Virus record (IMG/VR): IMGVR_UViG_2744054422_000002
Span: 1-64,000 of that record
Reading direction: 5' to 3' (one strand)
Source: a virus
Lineage: Duplodnaviria; Caudoviricetes
DNA length: 64,000 bases
Numbering within the stretch: position 1 is the first letter of the stretch; every line of letters starts with the position of its first letter. A program made the position numbers and the translations under genes. The notes under the pieces are model-generated. The model was given only the letters and a program-made list of their open reading frames with translations, did no database searches and was not told the DNA's origin. Shown piece by piece: positions 8,851 through 19,223 of this stretch.

Positions 8851-9891
8851 CTACGCCACCTCCGTTGCCGCCGCAGCGACCTGCACCTGCACGCTTTCCG
8901 TGCCGGGCGTGTTCTCGTCGCCGCCAGTCTCCGTGACTTTCACGCCGGTGATCTTGAGCCGCTGGGTGACCTTGCGGCACGTGCTGGCACTGGTGACGTC
9001 CAGCGCCCACCCGGGCACCAGGTTCGGCACGTCGATCGCCGCGAGCGGGCTGATGGTGACCTGCTGCGTGTCGATGAACACCGGCACCTGCGCCGAGGTG
9101 CGACGCCGCGCCTTCGCGGCCTGCACCGCCGACGCGGCGTCGTTGATCTCCGTCATCTGCACGTACCGCTCGTGCAGCCCGTACACCGGGTCGGTGCCGC
9201 CGTCCGATCCGATGACGCCGCTGTCGTCGCTGCCCTCGACGATCCACCGGGTGACGAGGGCCTTGCCGTCGTCGCCGACCTCCAGGCCCTCGGGCATGTC
9301 GACGTCCGACAGCCGGCCGACCGAGACCAGGTGCGTCTCGGGCAGCAGCAGGAACGTCGACCCGATGACCGTGTAGTCAATGCCCGCCTCCGCGAGCTGG
9401 TCGAGGTGGTCGCCGGTCTGCCCGACGCCAGCCGTGTACGAGCGGGAACCGCTGACCCCGGCCTTGCCGACGATCTGCACGGTGTGGCCCGGGTCGTCGG
9501 GGGCGAATCCGTCATCGATCAGCCACTCAGCGATCTCCGACAGGTCGACGTTCGTGAACGTCTTGTCCTCGTGCGGCACGCGGTCGTTCAGCCACACCGA
9601 GAGATCTTCGGCCAGAATCTCGACCTGCCCCAGCGACCAAGTGACCGACGTGACCGGCCCGTCCCACACGTACTGGCCGTCCCTGAAGATGACCAATCTT
9701 GATCGCCAGGACCCGATGGTGCCGAGCCGGTTGCAGCAGTCGCCATCCGGCTGGATCAAGGCGCGCGCCGCACTCGTGCCGTCCAGCACGCGGGACCACT
9801 CGATTTCCGTAAGCACCTCAGCGGTGCTGACCGTCGCGCCGTTCCTATCGAGCAGAACCGCGCTGTGAGTGCCACACCCGGCAACAGACAA
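8851..9891 (-). CDS. Minor tail / baseplate hub protein
   Basis: IEWSRVLD...LVIFRDGQYVWDGPV; second tail gene after the tape measure. Confidence 0.75.
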   Translation of the reverse strand: MSVAGCGTHSAVLLDRNGATVSTAEVLTEIEWSRVLDGTSAARALIQPDGDCCNRLGTIGSWRSRLVIFRDGQYVWDGPVTSVTWSLGQVEILAEDLSVWLNDRVPHEDKTFTNVDLSEIAEWLIDDGFAPDDPGHTVQIVGKAGVSGSRSYTAGVGQTGDHLDQLAEAGIDYTVIGSTFLLLPETHLVSVGRLSDVDMPEGLEVGDDGKALVTRWIVEGSDDSGVIGSDGGTDPVYGLHERYVQMTEINDAASAVQAAKARRRTSAQVPVFIDTQQVTISPLAAIDVPNLVPGWALDVTSASTCRKVTQRLKITGVKVTETGGDENTPGTESVQVQVAAAATEVA

Positions 9892-9915
9892 GGCCGGACC
9901 CCTCTCATCGAGGAG

Positions 9916-9953
9916 CCCGGCCCAGAACCAGCGGCTATCTGAACGCCAGGTTA
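9916..9953 (-). promoter_or_regulatory. Late-leader element copy 4
   Basis: TAACCT-N12-GCCGCTGGTTCTGGGCCGGG. Confidence 0.8.
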
Positions 9954-10586
9954 GCTGTAGACGCCTTTCCAGCTCTTACCGCGAGCCGCCCAACGGATGG
10001 TCTGGTCGCAGACGCCGTACTTGGCCGCCAACGCGATGGCGCTCGTCGGCTCGTGCCTTCGCGAGTACGGAACGTAGACGCGTCGGATCTCCCGGACATC
10101 CTCCTCCGTGAGCACAGCTCGGCCGTTGTCCTCGCCATCCTGGACGCCATACCGGTGGCGCCCGGACTTCACCTTGTCCGCGGCGTTCTGCTCCGAGTCG
10201 CCCAGGTACAGGTGGGCAATGCTGATGCAGCCATTCGTCCCCGATCCTCCGCCGCAGCGGTGCAAGACGCTGGCGTCACCAGGGTCGCCGTTGGCGATGA
10301 TCCAAACGGCCCGTGAGGCGTTCATCCACGTCTCATTCCACTTGACGTTGGGGCGCAGGCTGTAGCCATCGAGGATGAAGCAGGCGGGGCCTGTCGCCTT
10401 AGCCGCCTCTTGCAGTGCGGCGATGACCTCGCCATTCCGCCGCTTCGAGCGTCGACCGTTCGGGTCCGCTCCGCCGCGCCGCCACGACCACAGATAGCAG
10501 TTCATGCACCAGCCGTTGCGGAACTTCCGTTCCCGTTCGCAGGGAGTGCCGTCGTCGAACGTGACGATGCACGTACGCTTACTCAA
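9951..10586 (-). CDS. Free-standing HNH endonuclease with C-terminal HTH
   Basis: VLHRC...CISIAHLYLGDSEQNAADK; LTEEDVREIR...LAAKYGV. Confidence 0.8.
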   Translation of the reverse strand: MSKRTCIVTFDDGTPCERERKFRNGWCMNCYLWSWRRGGADPNGRRSKRRNGEVIAALQEAAKATGPACFILDGYSLRPNVKWNETWMNASRAVWIIANGDPGDASVLHRCGGGSGTNGCISIAHLYLGDSEQNAADKVKSGRHRYGVQDGEDNGRAVLTEEDVREIRRVYVPYSRRHEPTSAIALAAKYGVCDQTIRWAARGKSWKGVYS

Positions 10587-10705
10587 CCGAGCCTCCAGCT
10601 AGGCTCCGGGGCCCCGGGCCGGAAGCTCTCACCCTTCCGCCGGGGCCGTTTACTTGTTGATCCATTCTATCCGTTTTGGCTGGTCAGATGGCGTTTTTAC
10701 CGCTT

Positions 10706-12019
10706 TCAGCGCCCCCGTCCGGAAACGCTGATCGTGACCATCGAGTCGAGGGCCGGCGGGCTCTCTAGATCACTGGATAGGCAGACACAGAAGTTCGCGC
10801 ACTCCAGCGCCTGGTAGGTCGGCGGCTGCCCGTCGCGGCCGTAGACGTCGGGGCTGGACTCGCAGACGCCGCCGCACTCCACGGTGGCCCGGCCGGTCTG
10901 CCCGTCGAGGGTGACGGCGCCTCCGGCTGGGACGAACGTGACGTGCCAATAGTTGGCGGGAGAGCAGCGGTTCATGTCGGCGACCTGCTCGCATGTCAAC
11001 GTCTGGTCGCCGTGCTCGTAGATCTCGATCGTGATGTTCCGCAGGTCGCTGGACCCGGCCCGCAGGGTGACGATCGGGACGTCCGAGCTCCAGTTGGGCC
11101 GCCCTGTCAGGTCCATTTCGTAGCAGGCCCGTTCGGCGGCCAGCGGCAGGCAGAAGCAGGTGTTCAGCGGGGCCCCGGGCAACGGCGGCGTCGACGGCCT
11201 GCAGCGGGGGTCGGCACACGCGGCCGTCGGGTCCGGGCAGGCCGCGAACCGGCAGCCGCCCGCGCACTGGTCCGGCGGTAGCAGGCACCACTGGACGCAG
11301 GAGCCGTCCAGGTCCATCGGCGGGGTGACCTCCAGCACCGGCAGCGGGTCGGTCCACAGCCACGGCACCGCGGCGGTCATTACCCATTCCACGGTGAGGA
11401 TGTCGGCGCCGCTCTGGCACGCGCCGGACTCGCAGCTGCTGCCCGCGCGGGCGGTGACCTTCGGCCCGTCGACGAGCGCCACCCGGCGCAGGGTGCGCCG
11501 GTGCCTCGAGTTGAAGGTGGCCGCGTCCAGTTCCTCACCGGGACAGCAGCTGTAGACGGTCAGGCAGTCGCCATCGCAGCCGCCGGTGCCGCAGCCTTGG
11601 AGGACTTCCCCCAGCCAGTGCAGCCCGTAGTCGACGCCGCAGCACGTCGAGCCGAGGACGAGCGCGGTCACGGTGATCGTGCGGGGCAGCGACCGCGCCG
11701 GGCCGATCGCACCGCCCCCTGAGATGCCGCCCGTCACCGACCGCTGTACGGGGTAGTCGTCGAGCCCGTCGACCTGGAGCACCATGACGCCGGCGAACTC
11801 TGCGCTTTCGGGCACGTCGGCGTCGTACCAGGGCGCCGGACTAGTCGTGTCGCCGGGCGTGGTGTACGGCAGCTCCTCCAGCGTCGCCGCCGTGAACGTC
11901 GGGCAGCCGCAGCCGCTGTAGCCGTCCAGCGGGGAGCCCACGGTGTCCAGGTAGACGTTCAGGCGGGAGTGGTTCACCACCTCGACGCCGCCGTAGTTCA
12001 GGTACCAGTCGGTCGCCAT
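10706..12019 (-). CDS. Distal tail (Dit-like) protein, Cys-rich
   Basis: Immediately after the tape measure; YLNYGGVEVVNHSR, APWYD...ESAEFAG. Confidence 0.75.
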   Translation of the reverse strand: MATDWYLNYGGVEVVNHSRLNVYLDTVGSPLDGYSGCGCPTFTAATLEELPYTTPGDTTSPAPWYDADVPESAEFAGVMVLQVDGLDDYPVQRSVTGGISGGGAIGPARSLPRTITVTALVLGSTCCGVDYGLHWLGEVLQGCGTGGCDGDCLTVYSCCPGEELDAATFNSRHRRTLRRVALVDGPKVTARAGSSCESGACQSGADILTVEWVMTAAVPWLWTDPLPVLEVTPPMDLDGSCVQWCLLPPDQCAGGCRFAACPDPTAACADPRCRPSTPPLPGAPLNTCFCLPLAAERACYEMDLTGRPNWSSDVPIVTLRAGSSDLRNITIEIYEHGDQTLTCEQVADMNRCSPANYWHVTFVPAGGAVTLDGQTGRATVECGGVCESSPDVYGRDGQPPTYQALECANFCVCLSSDLESPPALDSMVTISVSGRGR

Positions 12020-15000
12020 CAGCCGGTCACTCCTGCCGCGAGCACGAACCGGTTCAGGACCCGCTGCGCCGTGGCGTGCGAGGAGCCGACTTCCCGGATC
12101 TCCCAGTGGTGGTTGTGGATCACGTCGCCGCCGCTCTTACCACGTCCGAGCCCGGCGAGGTCCTTCGGATCCATTCCGGCCTGGCGCAGCCTCTGGCTCC
12201 TCGTCAGCGGCACCACGTTGCCGCCGCCCAGGCCCGGCGCGGCATCGGCCATGCCGGACAGCTGCGAGGACACCCCGCGCACGAGGGCCTGCGCCGCCTG
12301 CCGAGATGCCGCGTACAGTGCGGCCATCCGGCTGATGAAGCCGATGTGGAGACCGGCACCGGTCATGTCGCCGAGGTGCATCATCACGCGCGACGGCGAC
12401 TTGATCCGCAGCGCGGTCCGGATCGACGCCTCCATGCCCTTGGCGATCTGGAGCATGAGCTGCTCGATGTTCTTGCGCTGCGCCTTCAGGCCCGCCAGGA
12501 AACCGGCGCCGGCCTGCTTGCCCGCGTCAAAGAGGAGGTCCGCGCTGGTGTTGCCGAGCGCGCCGCTCGCCTTCGTCAGCTGCGCCTGGAGGCTGCTGAG
12601 CCGCTTCAGCTGGTCCGACGTCGACGCCTTCAGCACGTCGGCGAGCTGGGCGCCCTGCACGGGGCCGAGGCCGATGATCTGCTCCAACAGATCCTTCGAC
12701 AGGCCCCGCTTCGCCAGGTTGGTGATCTCGGCGGTGAACCTCTTCACCTGGTCGATGCCCGCCTGCAGACCGGCCTGGAGGCCCTTCGCGGTGAGCGTGT
12801 CCTGACCCTGCGCGAGGTTCTGCAGCGAGAACGCGTCGACGGCGGACTTTGCGGTGTCGGCCGCGAACTTCTGCGCGTCGGCCAGCTTCTGCACCAAGGC
12901 GTCGCGCCGTGCGGCGAGCGAGGTCAGCTGCTTGTTCCCGGCCTGCAGCATCGACACGAGCCGGTCATCGACCCGCGTCTTCTTGCCCTTGAAGGCGTCG
13001 GTGATGGCCTTGACCATGGCGTCCGTCGTGGACTTGATCTGCGCGGCCGTACCGGTCAGGCCCTTCACGAAGCCCGCACCGACCAGCTGTCCGATCTTCG
13101 CGAAGACCTTGGACGGCGAGGCGATCTGCAGCGTGCTCTCGGCCGCGGTGATGGCCGTGCCCGCCATGTCCTGCGCGGCGGACTTGATCAGGCCCGAGTG
13201 CGAGCGGATGCCGTCGACCATGCCTTGCACGACCTGGGCGCCGACGTTCGACAGCAGGTCGGCGATGTCGGCCAGGGCCTTGCCGAGGCTGGCGAGCGCG
13301 CCGTTGGCGGCTGCGCCGTTGGACTGGGCCGAGCTTGCTGCGGCGAGGGTGCGGGCCTGGGCGACGCCGAGGATGCCGAGGAGTCCGGAGCGGGCCGCGA
13401 GCTCGGCGGCCCGCTTGGGCTTGGACAGCGGGATGACGACCTCGGGCCCGGCCTCGCCGATCAGGGCGTGCGTCGGCCCGTAGACGATGCCGCCCCGGGC
13501 GAACGGCAAGTACTTCCTGACCGCACTCGGAATCCCGCTCTTGATCTTGGACATGATCTGAGAGCCCACGTTGCCGATGGCGCCCACGATCTTGGAGCCC
13601 AGGCCCGAGAACAGCGAGACGACGCCGCTGATCAGGCTCGACACGGCGCTCCGGGCGGAGCTGGCCGCCGAGTGGAAGGCGCCCGCGATCTTCGATCCGA
13701 CGCTCGACAGGGCGCTGCCGATCCTGCCCGGCAGCCCGGAGAAGAACGACACAACCGACGATCCGGCGGAGCGGGCGGCGCCCAGCGCCGAGGAGCCAGC
13801 CGACCGGAACAGGCCGGCGATCTGGCCCGGCAGGGCCGCTAGAGCGGAGGCGATCCGCCCTGGCAGCGAGGCGAAGAATGAGGCCGCCGTCGACAGGAAC
13901 GACGAGATCGCCGCGGTGGTCGCGTTGAACCCTGAGACGAAGGCGTTGAGCAGGAACGAGCCCAGCGAGGACAGCGCGGTAAGGATCCGACCTGGCAGCT
14001 CGGTGAAGGTGAAGACGATCCCGGCGATCAGCGTCAGGATGGCGATCGCGACGCCGGCGACCGCCGAGGTGAACAGGTTCAGCAGCAGGCCCGGCAGCGC
14101 CTGCAGTCCGGCGAGGATCAAGCTGGGGAGCTGGGTGAAGAAGCCGACCACGGTCTGGAAGCCGGTGGTCACCAAGATGCCGATGGTGGTGAACAGGTTC
14201 GTGAAGAACGTGGCCAGCAACGAGCCCAGCGCGGACAGCCCTTGGACGATCAGGCCCGGCAACTGGGCGATGAACCCGACTACCGCGGCCACCGCGGTCA
14301 CCAGGCCGGTCAGTACGGTGACGACGCCCTGGATGATCGGTACGACGGCGTTGATCGTCAGCCATGAGACGAACGCCGCGGTGATCTGCACCAGCGGGGC
14401 GAGAAGCCGGACGATCAGGATGATGAGCGGCGTGAGCGCGGCGACGAGCTGCGCAATCGGCGGCAGGATCGGGATCAGCGCTTGCAGGACGGCTGAGAGG
14501 GCGGCGACCAGGGGCGGCAGGACGGGCAGCAGGGCGCCGACCAGGGCCGAAATCAGCGGGACGATCGCGGCGACGACCTGCGAAGCGACCTGGGCCAGGG
14601 AGGTGAGCAGGGGCGCGGCAGCGGCGAGGGCCTGGCCGAGCGCCTGGCCGAGGGCGGCCGCGAGGGGGACGAGGGCCTGCAGAACTTGCCCGAACGCTTG
14701 CGCGAGTGGCGGCAGGATCGGCAGGAGTGCGCCGACCAGTGCGGAGATCACCGGGGCCAGGGCGACAGCGACGGCCTGCAAGGCGGGGGCAAGGAGCTGC
14801 GCCAGGACGGAGACGAGCTGACCGGCGAGCGGCAGCAGCGGGGCCAGCGCCTGCACGGTGGTCGCGATCGCCTGGCCGAGGGGCGCGAGGCTGGGGCCGA
14901 TCTGCCCAAGCCCGTCAGCCAGCGCGCGAGCGACGACCTGGAGGCTCGGCGCGATGGCGGCCAGGGCGGGCCCCAGCGAAGTGATCAGCGAGACGAGGGC

Positions 15001-16473
15001 GGGGCCGAGCGCGACGAAGACGGGCGCCAACGCGGGAGCGATCTGCCCGAGTTGACCTACGAGGGCGGACAGGATGGGGCCGAGCTGGGCGGCGATCTGC
15101 GCGACCGTGCCGAAGATGTTCGAGACGGCCGTCTGCCCCGAGGCCGAGTTGACGAACTCGGCGAACGACTTCGTGATCTGCTGGATGTTGGCGAGGACCC
15201 CGCCACCGCTGACGCTCGCAGCGCTGAAGACGCCTTTCAGGATGCTGCCGATGTTCTGGAGGACCCCGCCGAGCTGGCCGAACACCGTCAGCGCGTTGTC
15301 GACCCACCGCACGACGTCGCCGCCCTGCGAGGCGTTTTGCAGGAACGTCCCGAACCGCTGCCCCAGGTTCGAGACCAGGCTCCCGAGCTGGCCGCCGTAC
15401 TTCTGGGCGATGACCGCGGCCACCTGCAGGAGACCCGCGGTGAGCTTGTTCGTCGTCTGCGACAGGCCCGTGACAGCCTGCGACGTACCGCCGAGGATGC
15501 TCTTGACGTTGGCGACGCCCTGAGCACCTTTGAGGTATCCCAGGGCTCCCCTCGCGGCGGCGCCCCACGCGGCGGAGATGCTCGTCAGCCCCGACTTGAG
15601 CGGGCCCTGCAACGCCTTCGCGGTGGCAGTGATCTGCCCCTCGACCTTGGCGAAGAACGCGTCCTGAACGCTGTTTCGCAAGGAGTCGAACGCCGGTTTC
15701 AGCGCCCGGACCTCGCGCGCCGCCGCCTGGGCCTTCGGCGACAGGTTCTCCAGGGACTTCTCGAACGCCTTGGAGTCCCCGGTCAGCGCGGCCTGGAACG
15801 CGTCACTGACCCCCGACAGTGCCAGCTTCAACGCGCCGAGCGCTGCCTGGAATCCGAGGATGGCGGCCGGGGCAGCGGCGATGATCCCGGCCGCCGGGGC
15901 GAGCGCCGCCGCGAACTTGGCGACGCCCGCCGCCGCACCCGTCGCGGCAATACCGATCGCGCCGAGCTTCAGCAGCCCGCCCAGCGCGCCGCCGACCCTC
16001 CCCGCAATACCTGCAACCCCGGACAGGGCCCGGGTCAGCCGGTTGGCGTCGACATTGACGTTCGCATTGACCCCCACGTCCGGCGCGTTGTGCGCCCGGA
16101 TACGGGCGTCGAAGTCCGACAGGTCAGGGACAACCCGGATGGGGATCTCAACGCCCGCCAGGAGCGCCCTCAGCCGCTCCACGAACCCCGTGACATCGGG
16201 CGCGATCGGGATGTCGATGGAGTCCAACGACCGCAGCCCGGCCAGCAACTGAGCGTCGAACCGGCTCAGGTCCGGCTCGACGCGGACCGTGACCGCCGCG
16301 GCGGCAAGACCCCGCTGGATCTGCCTGCGCATCTGGTCACCGATGTTGCGCGTCGCACGCAGCAGCGCCCGCTGAATGCGGATACCGGCAGCGCGAGACT
16401 CGGAGTCGGCGTTGCCGTCGTTGATATCCAGAGTGATATGGGCGGACCCGAAGTCCACGTCCTCGCCGGCCAC
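12019..16473 (-). CDS. Tail tape measure protein
   Basis: 1484 aa, Ala/Leu-rich periodic repeats; FARGGIVYGPTHALIGEAGPEVVIPL; two SPS(K/R)V motifs. Confidence 0.9.
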   Translation of the reverse strand: MAGEDVDFGSAHITLDINDGNADSESRAAGIRIQRALLRATRNIGDQMRRQIQRGLAAAAVTVRVEPDLSRFDAQLLAGLRSLDSIDIPIAPDVTGFVERLRALLAGVEIPIRVVPDLSDFDARIRAHNAPDVGVNANVNVDANRLTRALSGVAGIAGRVGGALGGLLKLGAIGIAATGAAAGVAKFAAALAPAAGIIAAAPAAILGFQAALGALKLALSGVSDAFQAALTGDSKAFEKSLENLSPKAQAAAREVRALKPAFDSLRNSVQDAFFAKVEGQITATAKALQGPLKSGLTSISAAWGAAARGALGYLKGAQGVANVKSILGGTSQAVTGLSQTTNKLTAGLLQVAAVIAQKYGGQLGSLVSNLGQRFGTFLQNASQGGDVVRWVDNALTVFGQLGGVLQNIGSILKGVFSAASVSGGGVLANIQQITKSFAEFVNSASGQTAVSNIFGTVAQIAAQLGPILSALVGQLGQIAPALAPVFVALGPALVSLITSLGPALAAIAPSLQVVARALADGLGQIGPSLAPLGQAIATTVQALAPLLPLAGQLVSVLAQLLAPALQAVAVALAPVISALVGALLPILPPLAQAFGQVLQALVPLAAALGQALGQALAAAAPLLTSLAQVASQVVAAIVPLISALVGALLPVLPPLVAALSAVLQALIPILPPIAQLVAALTPLIILIVRLLAPLVQITAAFVSWLTINAVVPIIQGVVTVLTGLVTAVAAVVGFIAQLPGLIVQGLSALGSLLATFFTNLFTTIGILVTTGFQTVVGFFTQLPSLILAGLQALPGLLLNLFTSAVAGVAIAILTLIAGIVFTFTELPGRILTALSSLGSFLLNAFVSGFNATTAAISSFLSTAASFFASLPGRIASALAALPGQIAGLFRSAGSSALGAARSAGSSVVSFFSGLPGRIGSALSSVGSKIAGAFHSAASSARSAVSSLISGVVSLFSGLGSKIVGAIGNVGSQIMSKIKSGIPSAVRKYLPFARGGIVYGPTHALIGEAGPEVVIPLSKPKRAAELAARSGLLGILGVAQARTLAAASSAQSNGAAANGALASLGKALADIADLLSNVGAQVVQGMVDGIRSHSGLIKSAAQDMAGTAITAAESTLQIASPSKVFAKIGQLVGAGFVKGLTGTAAQIKSTTDAMVKAITDAFKGKKTRVDDRLVSMLQAGNKQLTSLAARRDALVQKLADAQKFAADTAKSAVDAFSLQNLAQGQDTLTAKGLQAGLQAGIDQVKRFTAEITNLAKRGLSKDLLEQIIGLGPVQGAQLADVLKASTSDQLKRLSSLQAQLTKASGALGNTSADLLFDAGKQAGAGFLAGLKAQRKNIEQLMLQIAKGMEASIRTALRIKSPSRVMMHLGDMTGAGLHIGFISRMAALYAASRQAAQALVRGVSSQLSGMADAAPGLGGGNVVPLTRSQRLRQAGMDPKDLAGLGRGKSGGDVIHNHHWEIREVGSSHATAQRVLNRFVLAAGVTG

Positions 16474-16502
16474 CGGGCAACCTCACGCGTGCGCAGAGGA
16501 TG

Positions 16503-16534
16503 CCCGGCCCAGAACCAGCGGCGATCTCAGACTA
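16503..16534 (-). promoter_or_regulatory. Late-leader element copy 5 (tape measure)
   Basis: TAGTCT-N6-GCCGCTGGTTCTGGGCCGGG. Confidence 0.8.
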
Positions 16535-16540
16535 GCCGTT

Positions 16541-16873
16541 TCACCCCGCGCCGAGCTGGGCGTCCTGCGCCGCCATCTGCGCCATGAGGGCCTGTGCGCC
16601 ACTGAGGGTCAGGCCGCCCCGCTGCGGCTGCTGTTGCGGACTCTGTCCGCCAGCCCTCCGCAGGGCCTTCGGCTTCGTGTACAGGCGGGCCTCGATGCGC
16701 TTCCGCTCGGCGTCGTCGTCGGCACTCATGTACATAGACTGCTCGGCCGCGTTGATCAGCGTGCGGAGCGTCCAGCGGTGCGGGTCGATACCTTGGAGCG
16801 CGAGGGAGCCTTCCCAGGCGTCCCAGCCCTCCGCGACGCTCGCGAGGATCCGCTGGACGGTGTAGTAGGGCGG
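16541..16873 (-). CDS. Tail assembly chaperone second frame (probably reached by -1 frameshift)
   Basis: Open frame PPYYTVQRILASVAEGWDAWEG... starts right after a TGA, with no ATG/GTG until 16735. Confidence 0.6.
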   Translation of the reverse strand, partial: PPYYTVQRILASVAEGWDAWEGSLALQGIDPHRWTLRTLINAAEQSMYMSADDDAERKRIEARLYTKPKALRRAGGQSPQQQPQRGGLTLSGAQALMAQMAAQDAQLGAG

Positions 16874-17313
16874 TCATTGCCGCCTCCGTACAGCTCCGTC
16901 ACCCACTCCAGCAGCTCGACCAGGACCCGGTCCGGCAGCCGCATCGACTTGTCCTCGACGCGGGTCGCGCCCGTCAGCTCACCGGCGTGCTTCTCCGCCT
17001 CGGCCCGCGACCGGAAGTGCGCCACCACCTTGCCGCCCTTGATGACTTCGAAGCGAAGGAACTGCTCAGCCGATTCGGGCGTCATGAGCGTCCCCAGGAA
17101 CGCCCGCATCGACCCGTACACGCTGCGCAAGGTGCCCGGCTCCATCTTCGTCAGGTCGGGCTCGTCGCCCAGCGCGGCTTGCGCTTCCTGGACCTTGGTG
17201 TAGCCGTCGAGGAACTCGTCCCCGAAGACTTCCGGAACGAATTCCAACTTGCCCAGGTCGCCGAGGTTCGCGACGTGGGGCTCAGTACGAACTGCGAAGT
17301 CTTTGGTTGCCAC
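16756..17313 (-). CDS. Tail assembly chaperone
   Basis: Upstream of the tape measure; LLEWVTELYGGGNDRPT then a low-complexity tail overlapping the second frame. Confidence 0.7.
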   Translation of the reverse strand: MATKDFAVRTEPHVANLGDLGKLEFVPEVFGDEFLDGYTKVQEAQAALGDEPDLTKMEPGTLRSVYGSMRAFLGTLMTPESAEQFLRFEVIKGGKVVAHFRSRAEAEKHAGELTGATRVEDKSMRLPDRVLVELLEWVTELYGGGNDRPTTPSSGSSRASRRAGTPGKAPSRSKVSTRTAGRSAR

Positions 17314-17341
17314 GGGTGTGCCCTTGTCTCCCGCGCGGTCG

Positions 17342-17376
17342 CCCGGCCCAAAACCAGCGGCGTACCTGGAAGGCTA
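17342..17376 (-). promoter_or_regulatory. Late-leader element copy 6
   Basis: TAGCCT-N9-GCCGCTGGTTTTGGGCCGGG. Confidence 0.8.
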
Positions 17377-17460
17377 CCGAAGCTGCGGCAGCCGTGGGCC
17401 TCGTGTTGCAGGTGAGGAAACGGAGGCCGAGCATGGAAAGGAGGCTAGCGAGGTGAGGCT

Positions 17461-18051
17461 ATGTGCGCCGCTCCTACACATGCCCGTGACGTCGATGACT
17501 ATGAGCAGTGGGCCCAACCATCACCCTTCGGTCTGACGCAGGCTCGGCAATCTATGTCCGGCGGGGCTGCCGCGTGGTTGGCCGGTTTCTCCATCGCCCT
17601 TATCGGAGTAATCGCTCAGTCCACCAAGCAATTCCGATGGCCTGGATGGTCACTTCTACTACTGACCGTAGCTGCGACATCGCTCGTCGCGTGTCTCCAA
17701 TGTGGATTCTGGGCACGAGCATACCTGTATTCATACCGGGAGATTCTCGATTGGCGCCCCGGCCCATGGGACAGATGGGAAAGGGCGCAGCTCCGGGCTA
17801 ACCAGAAGGAGAATGAGGCTCGGGGCAGCAAATGGGAAACAGGAGCCGAGTTCACGTTCCACCTGGGACTCATCGCTCTGGCGGTTGGGGTCGGCCTCAC
17901 GATCGCACCCAGGGATCACGCCCCCGAAGAAATCGTGCGGTGGGCCGCCGCCTCGATTGCATTCCTTGGCGGACTCGTGCAACTAGCGCTGGCCTGCTAC
18001 AGCGCGTACGAGACTCTCTTCGGGGAGGGCGACCAAGATGAAGTGGAATAA
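17461..18051 (+). CDS. Four-TM membrane protein (moron, opposite strand)
   Basis: Four hydrophobic segments; lower GC than the flanks. Confidence 0.6.
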   Translation: MCAAPTHARDVDDYEQWAQPSPFGLTQARQSMSGGAAAWLAGFSIALIGVIAQSTKQFRWPGWSLLLLTVAATSLVACLQCGFWARAYLYSYREILDWRPGPWDRWERAQLRANQKENEARGSKWETGAEFTFHLGLIALAVGVGLTIAPRDHAPEEIVRWAAASIAFLGGLVQLALACYSAYETLFGEGDQDEVE

Positions 18052-18264
18052 CCAACGGCGATCCGCCTCTAACCCGAAGCCACCCCCCAAGGAAATGCCC
18101 ATCGAGCACAAGAAATGCAAGATGCATTCCATAGTCAATTGCCCAATGTGCAAGAAAAAGGAATCATCCGAAAAGGCTTAGGTTCACAGCCAGCGCGCAG
18201 CACTCTGAAGAATCAAGTAGTCGCCGGCCCCTCTCAGCGGACAACACCGAACTGCATCATGGAA

Positions 18265-18645
18265 CTATCGGCCGAGACGCAGTGCGCGCCCGAGGAAGTT
18301 ATTCGCTCTGGTACCGGGGTGCCTCACGTACTTGGCATACACCACTTGCCCGTCGACCTCGAACCTGAGCACCCCCTTCGCCCGGCGCGGGCGGATGATG
18401 TGCGGGCGGGTGCCCTCCAGCACGAACAGCGTGGCGGGGTGGTCGCAGGTGATGACGCCCTGCAGGCCCCGCCGCCCCTCTTCGATGTGCCAGTCGATGT
18501 AGTCGCCCATGCTGCCCGGTGCCTCCGCGCGGGCGATGTCCGCCACCCGGCGCGTGCGCTCGGCGAGACGCCGCTCCACGATCCCGCCACGCAACCGCAG
18601 CAGCCGAGCGAGCCGGCCCGGGTCCAGGCGCACGTCCACGCTCAC
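18265..18645 (-). CDS. Tail completion protein (HK97 gp10-like)
   Basis: FVLEGTRPHIIRP...VRHPGTRANNFLGRAL. Confidence 0.75.
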   Translation of the reverse strand: MSVDVRLDPGRLARLLRLRGGIVERRLAERTRRVADIARAEAPGSMGDYIDWHIEEGRRGLQGVITCDHPATLFVLEGTRPHIIRPRRAKGVLRFEVDGQVVYAKYVRHPGTRANNFLGRALRLGR

Positions 18646-19223
18646 GACTCGTCACCTGCCGGGCATCCACAGGACGGCAGGGCCACGGTCACTCGCTGCT
18701 CGACACCAACGCACTGCCCCTCGGGGCCGAGGACCCGCAGCTGCCCCATCATGAACTGCTGGCCGCGCCGCCCTCCCCCCGTGTCCGGGAAGCAGCACAT
18801 CACCGCGTTGATCACCGACGTGGCGTCCACGTGCACGATCCGCGCCGCCTCCGCCTGCTCCTCACACGACGGCGGGCACCCGTTCTCGGTGAACGTCGGC
18901 GCGCACCGCAGCAGCGTGATGACGTACTCGGCGGCCTGCCGCACCGGCAGACAATTCCGGCTCCCGAGGACGTCCTTCGTCTCCGCCGGGAACGCCGCCG
19001 TCGGGAACAGGCGGTCCAGGTTCACCGTCAGCTGGCCCGGCGTCTGTGCCCCGGAGCAGTCGGACGTGCAGTTGTCCCACGCCGGCTTGCCGGGCACGAC
19101 GCACGCCACGCACGGACAGCCCGGCTGCCCGTCCACCTTCACGGCCGTCTCCGTCAGGACCGCGCACACGCACGCCAGGAGCTGCTGCGCGATGTCGTCA
19201 ATGGCAAGCGGACTCAGGGCCAT
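18642..19223 (-). CDS. Tail terminator-like protein
   Basis: MALSPLAIDDIAQQLLACVC...GPEGQCVG; head-tail position. Confidence 0.65.
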   Translation of the reverse strand: MALSPLAIDDIAQQLLACVCAVLTETAVKVDGQPGCPCVACVVPGKPAWDNCTSDCSGAQTPGQLTVNLDRLFPTAAFPAETKDVLGSRNCLPVRQAAEYVITLLRCAPTFTENGCPPSCEEQAEAARIVHVDATSVINAVMCCFPDTGGGRRGQQFMMGQLRVLGPEGQCVGVEQRVTVALPSCGCPAGDES

